Part shown: piece after piece, positions 1 through 14,239 of the stretch | Position numbering within the stretch: position 1 is the stretch's first letter | How the letters are laid out: each line of letters starts with the position of its first letter | Assembly (NCBI RefSeq): GCF_009914755.1 | Contig: NC_060932.1 | DNA length: 64,000 nt | Strand: one strand, 5' to 3' | Source of the DNA: the human T2T-CHM13v2.0 reference genome, Homo sapiens | Position numbers and translations under genes: made by a program | Notes under the pieces: generated by a model | Databases searched by the model: none | The model's input: only the letters and a program-made list of their open reading frames with translations | Told to the model about the DNA's origin: nothing

Positions 1-520
1 CAACCATTCTGCAAGTCACCCAGGAATACAATCGCCATTTCATCTCTGACTTTCTCTCCTGTTGCAATCCTCCGTATCCAGAATGTTGGCAAAGTCTGTA
101 GATTTTATCTCCCCTCATTGCCTCTCACATCCTGCCTGCATTTCAGTGTCTACTGCCTTCTCTTCTGGACTCCTGCAGAGACTTCTCAGTCTCTCTGGTG
201 CCTGCATCTTATCGGCTCACACTTCTGGACAACCAGCTTTGCATTTAACCCTTGAAAACAGATTGCTTCCCTTCACCTGGGATGCAGGCCTCCCCTACTG
301 CCTGCCTACATTTCTAACTGTAGGATCTGCTCTTCTTTAAATATAGTCCACAACAGGCCTACCTGGATTATTCGTGATCCCTAAACACTCAGTCGTTTCC
401 CTCTTCCATGCCTCTTGCTTTTGCTTCGCCCTATTTCAAGTACGATTTTGTCCACTCAAACTCAGCTTTGCCTGTCGAAATTCTGCTTGTTTTCAGGTTC
501 TGTTTCAAATACTACCTCTT
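1..520 (+). mobile_element. Degenerate L2 LINE fragment
   Basis: Pyrimidine-rich sequence resembling the L2 3' region; by eye, boundaries approximate. Confidence 0.45.
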
Positions 521-1384
521 CTGTAAAGCCATTTCTGACTCTTTTCAACCGAATGCAACTTCCTTACCTTATATTGTCCTTTCATTCTAGTTATATGGGG
601 GCACATGTCCCTATGTACATAGGCTGTGCAGCCAGTAAACACACAAGTGAGGTGCAGAGGTAAATAAGGCAGCATCTTACGATGGCCTAGTGGCTCGCCT
701 GTCTCTGTGGAGACGTTGCTGGCCCTTCCTTTCCTGGGGTGACTCATTGCTCTGTTTCTCCTCTCTCTGACTGAGGCTCTTTCCTTTTGCGGAATTCCTA
801 AGATTTTATTGCACTTCATTATCTACGTTCCTGTTTTCTTCTTTTACATTATAAGCTCTTTGAAGGCAGCCTAGGGCTATTTTAGTATTTTCCTATTAAA
901 GGGTTAAGGTCTGATTTCTAAAATAGGTAGCTTCATTGTAATGTTACCTAAGCAATAACCCAGGTGCATTTGTGTAGCTTGTAATATTTTGATAACTTGA
1001 TAAAATGGTGGATTCCCTTAAAAAGGGAATCTTGTGTATGCTTGACTGGAACTCAGCTAAGTTAGAGGAAGGTGGAGATGATAAACAGTGTAAAAATCAC
1101 CAACGTTTATTCACTTTATTTTTGTATTCCTGTAGCAGCCAGCAAACAGCTTAGAATAGTAGGTTTACAGGTTTTGGTTGAATTGAAAATTAATAAAAAC
1201 TCTTAGGTAAAAGTTACTTGCAACTAAAGTATGCTGAATGAGTGTCATTGTTGCTTTCTTTTTTGCTTTTCTGACTAGATTGAGTTCATGAAGAATTTCT
1301 TGTTTACTTTTAATTTATAGCATCAAGTCCAATCTGACACATCCTATGTACATTTAAGTTTTTAAATAGAAATTTAAACTGTAT

Positions 1385-1542
1385 TTGAGGGTAAAATAAA
1401 TCTTTAGTTATAATTTATTCATATCTCAAAAAAGGGAAACTATTTGAGATGATTGATATTTTAATTTGCTGGACTATATAGTAGCCATTTCACTATAACT
1501 ATATGGAAGCATCATGTTGTACTTTAAATACAATTTTCAAAA
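1385..1542 (+). mobile_element. Old L1M 3'-end fragment
   Basis: Resembles L1M 3'UTR terminus (ccatttcacta...catcatgttgtac...aaatacaatttt). Confidence 0.5.
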
Positions 1543-4373
1543 CCCAATTTAATCTTCAATAGCAATGGTAATAGAAAATGCCATTTAAAGATAGCTATTC
1601 TCCTACAGAGTTTAAAATGTGTCTTATAGTAATAATTTGTATAAATTTATGTATACCTGATTTGTTAGTAATGGAGTATTTAAGATTAGAGATCATAAAT
1701 ATGGGTTGCTGGGAATACTTTTATTTTTTTAAATTTCAGATTTTTATTCCCTTAGTATTGCTTATAATACAAAAATCCACTCCATTTTGGGGGAGAGAAT
1801 TCTCCCAATGTCACTTTTTTTTTTTTACACCTTGTTTAGATGAAATGTTCTCTTCTGTTCACAACAGTGGGAGGAGGCAGTGGGGAAGAGGGTATTCAAG
1901 AAAGACATTTTAGATTTCAAAATACACGCTCTTAGTTGATCATAATTCTTGTGCAAACTTTGAAATGAAAACTTTTTTTTTTTTTTTTTGGTCATACTCA
2001 TGGTGATAGTCCAAGTAGCTGTATTCGGTTTGGCAACACAGAAGGCACTCATCCTGGAAGCACTAGCCAGCCCATAGAGGGCAGATGCCATGCCTGCAAT
2101 GCACACAGTTATGTACGGTGTCGATTCACTCAAGACACCCCATTTAGCTTTGTCTCTGACTGTGGAAGATGGACATCTTTCCTTCTTCACTGTACCATCT
2201 GTATCAAAGTTGGTAAATTGCCTTTCTAACGTGCAATTGATTTCAGGATTCAAAAACTCAGTGTCTTTTCTGTTGTTAAGAACCCAGATTCATTTTTATC
2301 TGCTTTCCACTGCCCCTTGACATTGTTTTCCATACCCAAATCCTTAATCTTGAGGTATTTTAAATGCAAATATTTGTCATGGATGACTAGCCTGAAACCT
2401 GTTGGATTTAAAAATGGTGCATTTTAAAAGAAGAGAATACAATGTGTACCTCAGAGAGCAGTGTGATTGTTTAAGAGGGCAACACCAAGACTTCACTTAG
2501 GAGCAGCTCCAGCTGCAATGGCGATGCATGGCTGTGATGGCCAGCTCCTAGTGTCCTGCGTAAAAAAGAGCTGGAAAATGCATACTATGTGCAGACACCT
2601 ATCTGCACAAGATCACCTAGGCAGGAAGGGATGCACAGGAAACTATTGAGTTTGTTAGCTTTGGAAAGTTACACTAGGCGATGAAAGAGGGTAATAAAAC
2701 ATATTTTTTTAAATTCCTAGTCTTCTTTACTGTTTGTTTTTGTCCTTTTTTATATCATAAGTTACTTTTACACTAAGTAAAATAGACCAGTTGACATTTG
2801 GTGAGCGTGAGGCTGTGATAACCTGTGTTCCCTACATTTCTGCTCCATGTACAAGTACCTCTAAGATCTTGTGGACAAGGAGGGCTATTAAAAGGCTGTG
2901 ACTGTCCAGCTTTAAAGTGTAAACATTGAATAACTTTATTTTGTACTTAAGGACTTTTAGTAGTAGGCTTAATTATAGTCCCACATCACAATTTTAAAGG
3001 AAAAAGTGATAACTCCTGGGGAAAGCATCTCTATGGCCTGCAGAATTCCATTTCTTGTGGAGGAGATGAGGTTATAATGGAGTCCAGAGTTTCAAACCAA
3101 ACTGTAGCAGCCTCATCAGATACAGCTTGGCGGCCTACTGACTTATAATGAGGGTGGCATGTAATTAGAAATTGTCCCTGTCTTTTCTGAGTACTGATGA
3201 AAACCATGGCTCAGAGGTTAATTCAAATAATAATTAATATTGGTCTCTGTCAGTACAGGGTGGTAATGAAATCTTTCGTTATTTGATGACTTTGACTTTA
3301 GATGTTGAGCGAGGAATAGAAATGGTGTTATTCCTCTTGCTAATTGTGGGGCAGCTCCAACAACTGAACACTGTGGTAAAGCATACGATTTGGAAGATGT
3401 CAAGTACAAAATTTCTTTGTAGCCTATAATTGTCTACCATAGAAGTTATAACATGACACAGACATATTAGCGTTATTTTATTTTCTAGAGTGATAATTAT
3501 TTAGAGTGAGGTATTAGGAAGGCAATTGATCCTGCCATTGTAGATTGAGACGCTTTTGTTGGTCTCCCATTTTTCCTACTGTATGTGATACATAGTAGCC
3601 AGAACAAAATTACCCATTCAACCTTAACAGATTGCATGTGCACATTAATCTGAAAACAAAACCACCAAATGGCTGGTTGATTATAGAGAGCCTTGACTAT
3701 CCTTTTCAACCTTGAAAGTCATTGATTCTGTAAGTTGGTGCACCACATTTGATGAACATCTTCCATATGCAGAGGTGGGTGTTCCAAATGATGTAGAAGA
3801 TACATAGTTGGTTTAAGAAGGTTATTTGGAAATACATAGGTATCTGTTAACACAGATTAACTGTAGCTTTTAAAGCTGCAAATGGCAACTACAGTTGTTT
3901 CATTAAAATAATTTTGGTGGAAGGGAGATGTTTAGGCAGGACAGTTTTTAAAAAATAATTACAGATGCTTCATTACATAACTTGCTTTAAAATTATTATT
4001 ATTATTTTTTGAAATGTTTGTTGACTGAACTTCTACAGCTTAATCACGGAGGGTGGTGTTTGGTATCATTCTAAGCAACATCATATTTTATAGGGAAAAA
4101 TAATAGGAAAAAAGAAGAATTTTTACAATGTTTGAGGACTCTGAGATGCTTCAGATACCCAAACAGCAGAACCTTTCTAACATGTAAAAGTAGACACGAG
4201 CAGAATCGGCCCTCCTGCATCGGATGCCTCATCAGGTCCATTAACTCAGGCCTGCCTTGTTTATTCACATTCTCACTGGTGTTTCCCATGTCCTGTATTA
4301 TTTAGCAGCAAATCCCAGGTAGTATAGTATTTTATTTTAAAATACTTCAAGTAGTATCACTAAAAGGGAAGCT

Positions 4374-4807
4374 GGCCGGGTGCAGTGGCTCATGCCTGTA
4401 ATGCCAGCACTTTGGGAGGCTGAGGCGGGCAGATCACTTGAGGTCAGGAGTTCGAGACCAGCCTGGCCAACATGGTGAAACCCCATCTCTACTAAAAATA
4501 TAAAAATGGCTGGGTGCAGTGGCTCACCCCTGTATCCCAGCACTTTGGGAGGCTGAGTGGGGAGGATCACCCGAGGTCAGGAGTTCGAGACCAGCCTGGC
4601 TAATATGGTGAAACTCCTTCTCCACTAAAAATACAAAAAAGTAGCTGGGTGTGGTGGTGTGTGGCTGTAATCCCAGCTACCTGGGGGGCTGAGACAGGAG
4701 AATCGCTTGAACCCTGGAGGGGGAGTTACGCTGAGCCGAGATTGCGCCACTGCACTCCAGCCTGGGCAACAGAGTGAAACTCTGTCTCAAAAAAAAAAAA
4801 AAAAAAA
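4374..4807 (+). mobile_element. Alu left arm (4374-4507) followed directly by a full AluS (4508-4807)
   Basis: Two successive GGCCGGG/GGCTGGG...TACTAAAAATA left monomers, one right monomer and a poly(A) tail. Confidence 0.92.
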
Positions 4808-4825
4808 GAATTCTTTCCAGATTAA

Positions 4826-5149
<324 letters not shown>

Positions 5150-5789
5150 AGAAATTTTTTTTTTAATTGAAAGGCAGTACTATATTTGAGAAGGGATTCG
5201 TAAGCATGCTTTCTTAGCTAGAATATAGAGGGTGATAGGCAATTGTTGGACAGTTAGGATCAGTATCTGATTTCAATACTGATTTTAATTTGATTTTAGC
5301 AGCAATCCTAGAATTCTGAAATGAGAATGACAGGGTCAAAACATTATTTTATTCACAAAAGCAACGTTCTCTCTAGGGTGTCAGTGTTAAGATTGTTTGG
5401 AGGCCAGAGGTTTGGAGGAGGTGGTGGGCGTTCACGAGGAGCTCTTCTAGAGCTGTTGCTGCCTGGGGTAAACCAGCACAGATTCCAGGAGAAGCCAGGG
5501 AAAACGCATCCCACTGGGATCTAAGTGACCTTTCCCACAAGACCAGGTCTTGTCACTTCTCAGCTTAACATCTTAGATCGGCTTCTCATTGCCTGCCTGA
5601 ATATGAGCCAGGAATTTCGATGTGATTTTTTTCCTTCTTTTTCTTATTTTGCTTCCTCCTCCCGCTCCCACTCCCAATCCCCGTTTTCTTTCTTTGTAGA
5701 AAGATAGCAGACGTAAATAATCTTCAATAAAAAGGCAGTTAAGAAAAAAGGCATGCCTTCATTCCAAAACCCCAGATTCAGACTCCCAG

Positions 5790-6510
5790 GGCTGCTTAGG
5801 GGGAGCGCTGGGGCAGAGCCAGGCCTCGGCGGGCGGGGTGGGCCGGGCTGGGCCGCGCTTCCGGGATGGGTCAGCGCCCGGAGCCCGCGCGAGGACATGA
5901 GGACGGCGAGCGGGCCCCCCGGGGGGCGGGGCATCCCCTGGGCCAGACGCAGGGCGGAGCGGGGTCATCGCTGGCACGCGGAAGGCCCTCATAAGGCCCT
6001 CGCTGCCGGCACCGTGGCCTCCCACCCACTCGGGGCGCTCGCTTCACCTCATGCCCGCCTCAGTGGCTCGGGGCCGGAGCTGCGGCCACTTCCTGACCGG
6101 AAGGCCGAGCCCCACCTGGCCTGACAACATGGCGGCCGGGAGAAGGCCCCCCCCCCCCCCCCCCGCCCCGCACACCGCCAGGCCTCTGGACGCTGAGACT
6201 GGGAGCGAAGTGGGCAGGAGTCAGCGAGGCCATCTCGCGCCCGTGCGCACCGCTGTAGGGTCATCTCCAGCGCTGGCACCTGGCTCAGCCCTCAGCCCTC
6301 CTGGCCCCTGGGCTTCTCGAAATGGCCACACTGCCCCCCACTTCGCGGCCTGGTTCCGCCCTTTCTTGGCCTCAGGTGCTGCACAGGCCACGCCCTCTGT
6401 TCCGAGCCCTTCTTGCCACCTGCCCTCCCTCATGGCTCCCGCTCCTCCTCACTCTGGTCGTCTCGGGAGGCCTTCTCTGGATGGAGACCCGGCTAGGTCC
6501 CCGTAACTTG
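5790..6510. promoter_or_regulatory. Intronic CpG island, candidate alternative promoter or strong enhancer
   Basis: Very GC- and CpG-rich block with GC boxes (GGGCGG), paired ETS sites at 6087-6104, YY1-type CAACATGGCGGC at 6125-6136 and a C18 run at 6147-6164. Confidence 0.85.
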
Positions 6511-7063
6511 ACCTCAGCAGCCTGTTTTGCCTTCGTAGCCCACAGCCCACTTGTAATTCTGTGTTCCAGGTCTGCCCAGGGGAAAAGGGGATGGTAATGC
6601 CTGTTGCTGACATAGCTCTATCAGAAAGGTGCTCAGCGGCTGAATGAATGAATGAATGCGGTGGAGCATGAGGGCGCAGGCGCCATAGTGGGGAGGGGCA
6701 GGAGGGAATATTCTGCCGGCAGCCACAAGAATAGGAAAGAGAAATACTCTGTCCGAATGGTTTGTTTTTTTGTGTTGGTGGGATTGCTCAATGCATGGCT
6801 CTTCTTGATCAGTGAGAAATGTGATTGGAGAAAGACATTAGAGTTTTATAGCTGATGTTAAAAAATGAGAGCCGCCACATTGACACTATTTGCTTCCGGA
6901 GACCGATGAGAGTGAAGAACTAACAGCTTTGGGCTAAACTTTGGAGTGCATTTTTATTAATAAGGCTAGATGAACCATCGCTGGCTTTCCAGTTGTATGT
7001 ATCCCTCATAGAATCAGACACCAACTCAGGGAGGGGCCTTTCCAGCACACAGAGGGCTCTGCC

Positions 7064-7355
7064 TTTTTTTTTTTTTTTTTTTGGGAGTCTTGCTTTGTCG
7101 CCCAGGCTGGAGTGCAGTGGCCGATCTCACCTCACTGCAAACTCCGCCTGCTGGGTTCAAGGAATTCTGCATCAGCCTCCGGAGTAGCTGGGATTACAGG
7201 CACCTGCCACCACGCCCAGCTAATTTTTGTGTTTTAGTAGAGACAGATTTTCACCATGTTGGCCAGGCTGGTCTCAAACTCCTGATCTCAGGGGATCCGC
7301 CTGCCTTGGCCTCCTAAAATGCTGGGATTACAGGCGTGAGCCACCGCGCCCAGCC
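7064..7355 (-). mobile_element. AluS element
   Basis: T19 tail followed by reverse Alu consensus. Confidence 0.95.
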
Positions 7356-7769
7356 CCTTCCTCTTTTTGGCTTCCACTTGGCCAAAGGAGCTTCCCTTTG
7401 GGGCCGCGTCTGAGTCATGTTAGCCGCTGGTTCAAGGGAGCCATCTGAAACTCCTTGGAGCAGGGTTTCTCCTGTATATGGCAATACTCTACCTTAGAAA
7501 AACAAAACAAAACAAAACAAAACGTCAAGTTACATGGTATAATGGAAAAAAACCCTAAACTTGGGCTAGAAAATATAGGCCACTATTTTGTTTCTAATAC
7601 CACTATGTATATGGACAGAACAGTTAACTGTCCACGCCCTGTGTCTTCCTTCGTGAAAGGTGGTGACACTGTACCTTCACAGCCTACTTCATAGGACTTT
7701 GGTGTAAAATGAGACAGCAGATGTTAAAGTACCTTCCGAGACCATTGTTTTCAGAACCTTCATCACATT

Positions 7770-8555
7770 GTGGTATTAGAAACCTTGGAGTCCTCCTTGA
7801 CTCTTTCACAAGCTACATTGAATTTGTTCTCAAAGCCTCTGGCTCTGCCTTTAAAGTATATGCAGAGTCTGATACCTTTTCTCTCCACTTCTACCACCCG
7901 GGTCCAAGTGGCCTTTTTTCCTTGCCGGTGTTACTGCAGTAGCTCCCCTACTGCTCTCCCTGCTGTTGCCTGTGTTGCCTGCAGTCTTTCCAATGTTAGC
8001 AGTCAAAGTCATCTCTCAGAGCCAGAGCTGGATCATGTCCCTCCTCTGCTGAAAGCAGTTCGTGATTCATCCTCTTGAGGCAAAACCTCAGCCCTCACAG
8101 AAGTACCCTCTGCTCCAGCCTCCCCCATCCAGAATCTCATGGGACACCACACTTTGTCCTTGCTGTCCTTTAGATGCTCAGGTGCCAGTTCCCCTCTCAG
8201 TCTTCCACAGTTGCTCTGATCTCCTCAGACACTGTCAGGGCCTCGTAGGGCCTGCTGGGCTGACTCCTCAGTTCCTTCCCGATCATACATAACTATCTTC
8301 CCTGTGAGGCAGTCCCTTACCACCCAATTTAAAATTGCACCTCCTTCCTCCAACCGGTCCCTCTGCTGTGATTTGGTTTTTCTCTCTTACTTTCCTTTTA
8401 GTTATTTACTTATTTATTTTGTTTGACTCTCTCCACAAACAAAGCTTAATTAAGCTGCATGAAGGAATCGTTGTCCATAATGTTTACTGATGCATCTCCA
8501 GTGCCTAGAACAGTGTTTGACAGATGATAGGTGCACAATACATATTTGTTGCTTA
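7770..8555 (+). mobile_element. L2 LINE 3' portion
   Basis: aaccttggagtcctccttgactc...; ends with the L2 terminus ccagtgcctagaacagtg...taggtgcacaatacatatttgttg. Confidence 0.7.
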
Positions 8556-9374
8556 AAATTATATGGGAGCTAATCATTAGAGGGAAAAATGTCTTTGGTT
8601 CTCTGTAGCACACTTTTTGGCATAGTATAGCCGATGAAACTTTGTAAGCAAGATAGCAAATATTGTTACACTATAGTGGCTTTCAGAAATTGAAGACAGT
8701 GTTTCTCTTTGAGACAGTCCTGATTAGCAAATTACACATTTTTCCCCTCTTGTTACATCTACCTTAAGCCTTTTTTTTTTTTTTTTCCTGGAGTAATGCA
8801 TGAATGGTGGTATGTCTTCCCTCAGGTCATTGCATCTGGGTACGTAATGTTCATTTGTCCCGTTTACTGGTGATACGTACTTTGATCACTTGGTAAAGGT
8901 GAGTTATTCCATTTGAAAAGAAAATTATTAGAATAACATTAGTTTACTGTCAAGTTGGAATTATAGTGATTTGCTTCCTTGTAAATGAAAGATAGTGTAT
9001 CATTGTGGTGTTTTCCATTTAGTTATACTTGTTGGCTGCAGAGTAAACACTTTGGTTATTAGACTTAGCAATAACTTTGTGTAGAACTTTTCTGAGGGCA
9101 CAAAGTTATTTCACATTTTTCATTTCAGAGTATTTCTAGCACTATGTATTTTGTTTATCTAGAGAGAAAGTAACTGTGTTCTTGATATAGGTCAGGCCTT
9201 GCAGTGGCACAGTATGTGACCCTAGTTTCTTTACTGTTACTTTCCTTTTGGTCATGCTACAACTCAGGTGGTTATGTAGTTAAACCTTATGGGTGTAGGG
9301 GAAGGGCAGGTGGCATGAGCTGAAAAGTGTAAGGTAACTACCCCTGAAAGTTGATTGATTGAAGGTTCATTATA

Positions 9375-10865
<1,491 letters not shown>

Positions 10866-11619
10866 TGTTTACAGGTAGCCTCTTGCCTTCTAAACTGACA
10901 CTTGAGTGATGCATGACACTATTTGGATATGGGAAAGGATTTGTCACCCACAGGGTAGGAAACTTTGGAGATTGGCAGACTTCCTTTTTTGATTCAAGTA
11001 AGTCTAAATTATGATTTCAGATGAGTAGGCTGAAAATATTTTGTAAAGTTCCAGAGCAGGAATATGAAAAATTTGGACACTTTTCATTTTGAAGTTCCAC
11101 AATTGTTAGATTTAGATAGATAGATTGATTTTATGTCTTTAAAATATTTGAAACGTGTGGGGGCTCAAAGGTTTATAAACTTTTTTTTCAGAATTTTCTT
11201 GAAATGGATATCAGTCTCAGACTGACACATTCTTACATTATTATTATTGATTAAATATGTTAGGGGCTAGTTTGTCTTGCCATGAATTATTAATTGGTCA
11301 AACCTTTGTACTGGGCACTCTGGGAGCCCTGGGGTAATAAATAAAGCCCTGGGGTAATAAAAGTGTACAAAGTACATTCTGCACCTGCCCTCAGGGAGCT
11401 CCAGCACTGGGGGACCCTCCTCATTCGGCAGGCAGTGAAGCTCAGCTCCAGTGAGCGCTGTGAAGGAGCAGAGAGTCCATTGTGAGATGAGAAAATCCGG
11501 CAACCAACTTCTCATCCCCACAGGTCTTCCTGCTTACCTGAAAGGAAACTGAGGCCTTGTGAGGGTTATCAGCTAGCAGAACTTGGATGGACACCAGATC
11601 TGTTTGACAAAGGCAAAAA

Positions 11620-12350
11620 AATCATAATAAATTATTTTTCTAACATCTGGCTGATTGTAAGTATGCTTATTCCAAAATATTCAAGCCATAAAACATGCAT
11701 GAAGTAGGAAGTGAAAGCCCCCACCCCTGATAAATTCAGGTACATTAATTAATCTTCTAGGTTTTTAATGGGAGAAAGGTTGCAGAGTGTGAGCATATTA
11801 TAGATACACAACTCCTTTTTTCCTGAAATACTGTGGCTCATCTTTTCATACCAACACACAGAGCTCTGATTTTTTTCAGCGAGGTCAAATGACTGTGTCC
11901 TGTTCCATATAACTTCACTTATCTGTCCTCTTTCAATGGCCGGTTGGGTCATTTCAGTGTTTCACTATTGAAAATGGCACGGCTGTAAAGATCATCAGCC
12001 TTTTATGTACCTCTCTTTGCACATTGGGATAAATTCCTAGACAGGGGTATTACAGGGTCACAGACTATGTTCATTTTAAATATGGTAAATGTTCCTGGAT
12101 TGGCCCCAGAAAGGCTGTATCAGTTCACATTCCTTTCAGTGGTGTATGAGTTACTTTTTTTTGTGCACTCACCAACTGTGGACCTTACTGTCTTTTGCCA
12201 ATTTGATAGGTGCCTTTCTTTTATTACCAGTGAAGTCAAGTATCATTCCATGTGTGTTTTTGGCCTTCTTCGTTTCCTTAAAGCCTGTCCTCTGCACCAT
12301 TGTGCTGTTGAGCCTCCAGCTTCTGTGATCGCCTTCTGTGACTGAATATC
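11620..12350 (-). mobile_element. Old L1M fragment
   Basis: gggataaattcctaga...gggtca...aaaggctgtatcagttcacattcc is typical of antisense L1M ORF2 end/3'UTR. Confidence 0.65.
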
Positions 12351-12399
12351 ATCTCCGTGAGCCTGTGCACCCTTCTCCGTTCTGGTAGAGAGAGAGTAA

Positions 12400-12605
12400 A
12401 GGCTAAGACGGCTGTCTCTGAAAGCAGTCTCAGGGATTATTCCCATTGCTGCCGCTTACCAGCAGTGGCTCCTTGGCAGGCTACTTAACCTTTGAGCCTT
12501 CAGTTTCCTTTCCTCTAATGGGGGTAACAAGGATTAAATGAACGAGTGCATCTGAAGCCTTAGCACAGGGCCTGGCATGTGAGTAAATGTCCAGGAAATG
12601 CTTGC
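12400..12605 (+). mobile_element. MIR SINE
   Basis: MIR core ttggcaggctacttaacctttgagccttcagtttcc...ggattaaatga...cttagcacagggcctggca. Confidence 0.75.
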
Positions 12606-12845
12606 CACCATCAGCAGCAGCACCTGTGTGGGAAATTACTTTCCCTTCTCCCTTTTCTATGGGAGTCCCTTAGAGCCCTGCTCAGCAGCCTGGATCCTCA
12701 TCAGTTCTGGGATTCCGTTGGCGGCTGCTGCTTTTCCAAGTGGACACTTTTCTCTTTGTCATTCCATGTCAAGGGCTGTGAAGTGAGGTCCCGGACCAGC
12801 AACATCAACTTAGGCATGGAGCCTGGGCATTTTCCTTCTGGTTGG

Positions 12846-13248
12846 TCTTATGGATTGAATTGTGTCACTCTCTCCCACCCAAACTCATATGTTGAAGCCC
12901 CTAATCCCCAAGGCAATTGTATTTGGAGATAGGGCCTTTAGGGAGGTAATTAAGATTACATGAGGTTATAAAGTGGTCATAAGGTAGGATCCTGATCTGA
13001 CAGGACTAGTGGTCTTAATACGAAGAGGAAAAGAGAGAGCTGGCTCTCCCAGTTGACAAAAAAGAGGCCATGTGTGCACACAGTGAGATGGTGGCTGCCT
13101 ATAAGCCAAGAGAAGAGGCCTCAGAATGAATCCTGCCTTGCCAGCACCTTCGTCTTGGACTTCCAGTCTCCAGAACTGTGAAAAATAAGTTTCCGTTTAA
13201 GCCACCCAGGCTGTAGAGTTTGTTATGGAACTCTGGCAGACTGAGATT
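12846..13248 (+). mobile_element. MaLR solo LTR (MLT1A-like)
   Basis: tatggattgaattgtgtc...catatgttgaagccctaatcccc...ttggacttccagtctccagaactgtg...tttgttatgg. Confidence 0.85.
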
Positions 13249-13307
13249 GTTGGAGAACCACAGTCCTGGTGGTTGAGTGCCTGCCTCAGGCATTATTGTT
13301 TTTAGGC

Positions 13308-13481
13308 CAGTGGTTTGTGCGTCAAAATGCTTGGTAAAGCAGACTGCCAGGGCTTACTCCAAGAATTTCAGATTTAGGATTGACATGAGAAGTCACATTT
13401 CTAACCAGTTCCCCAGCGGTGCTGATGCTGCCGATGCTGCCAATGCTGCCAATGCTGGTCCATGTTCGGAGAACCACTGGT
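13308..13481. mobile_element. MER5A-like hAT element with an internal 9-bp tandem expansion
   Basis: cagtggtt...gagaaccactg ends; (G/A)ATGCTGCC repeated about 4 times at 13424-13457. Confidence 0.65.
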
Positions 13482-14239
13482 TTAGATGGTGTGTCGGAGA
13501 GGCTTCAGGCAAGCGCTGGGAGACTTGAGGTAGGGATAGTGGCTCTCCCGCCCAACTAGGAAGTTGTTTAAACTCAGAGCCTCAGTTGCATTATCTGTAT
13601 AAGGGTGATAATATTTATTCTGCTTATTTCATGGGATTATTGAAGTCAGATGCATGAATGAAACTTTTTAGGTCCTCCTGCTCTTCATACAAAGTAGTTG
13701 GGTTGGGGTCGGGGATGTTGCATTCTTTTTGCAAAAAGAGAAGGACAAATGAAATGCTGAAGTATTCTAATAGTAAATTATAAAGCAAAAGTAAGGTATT
13801 TCCTTCCTTTTCTTCACCAGATACGGCCTGGTCATCTGATTTGCTGGCTGCTTGGACATTGGTCTTTACCCACTTCTTTTCTCTGCAATCCCCACAGCAA
13901 CTTCTCTTAAAAGCCAGGCAGTTTAGCTAAGAAGCCTTTATTACAGTATCTGTGGCTCCTTTTTCTGGCCCTGCCCTGTCAAGGATGCCTGTGGCTTTTT
14001 TGGTGATTGAGACAGTGGAAATTACTGAGTTTCTAGTTCTACTCCATGGGTACGATTGTGGTCATGCTTTTCATATCCAGGGTATTGTAGTTGAAAGGTC
14101 TTTTTTTGGATTTCTTTTGCCATGCTTAAAATGTTTTGTGTTGTACAAGTTTTAAATATATAATTACTGGCATATTGTATTTTCAACAATGTTATCAACC
14201 AGTAATAAGGTTGCAAATCATTTAGAGCTATGGTTTTCA

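Noticed and set aside
1011-1031. 9-bp inverted repeat GATTCCCTT-AAA-AAGGGAATC
   Set aside because: Short enough to occur by chance in 64 kb; no supporting context.
2071-2084. CTCF-like CCCATAGAGGGCAG
   Set aside because: Two mismatches in the 5' part of the core; cannot be supported without ChIP data.
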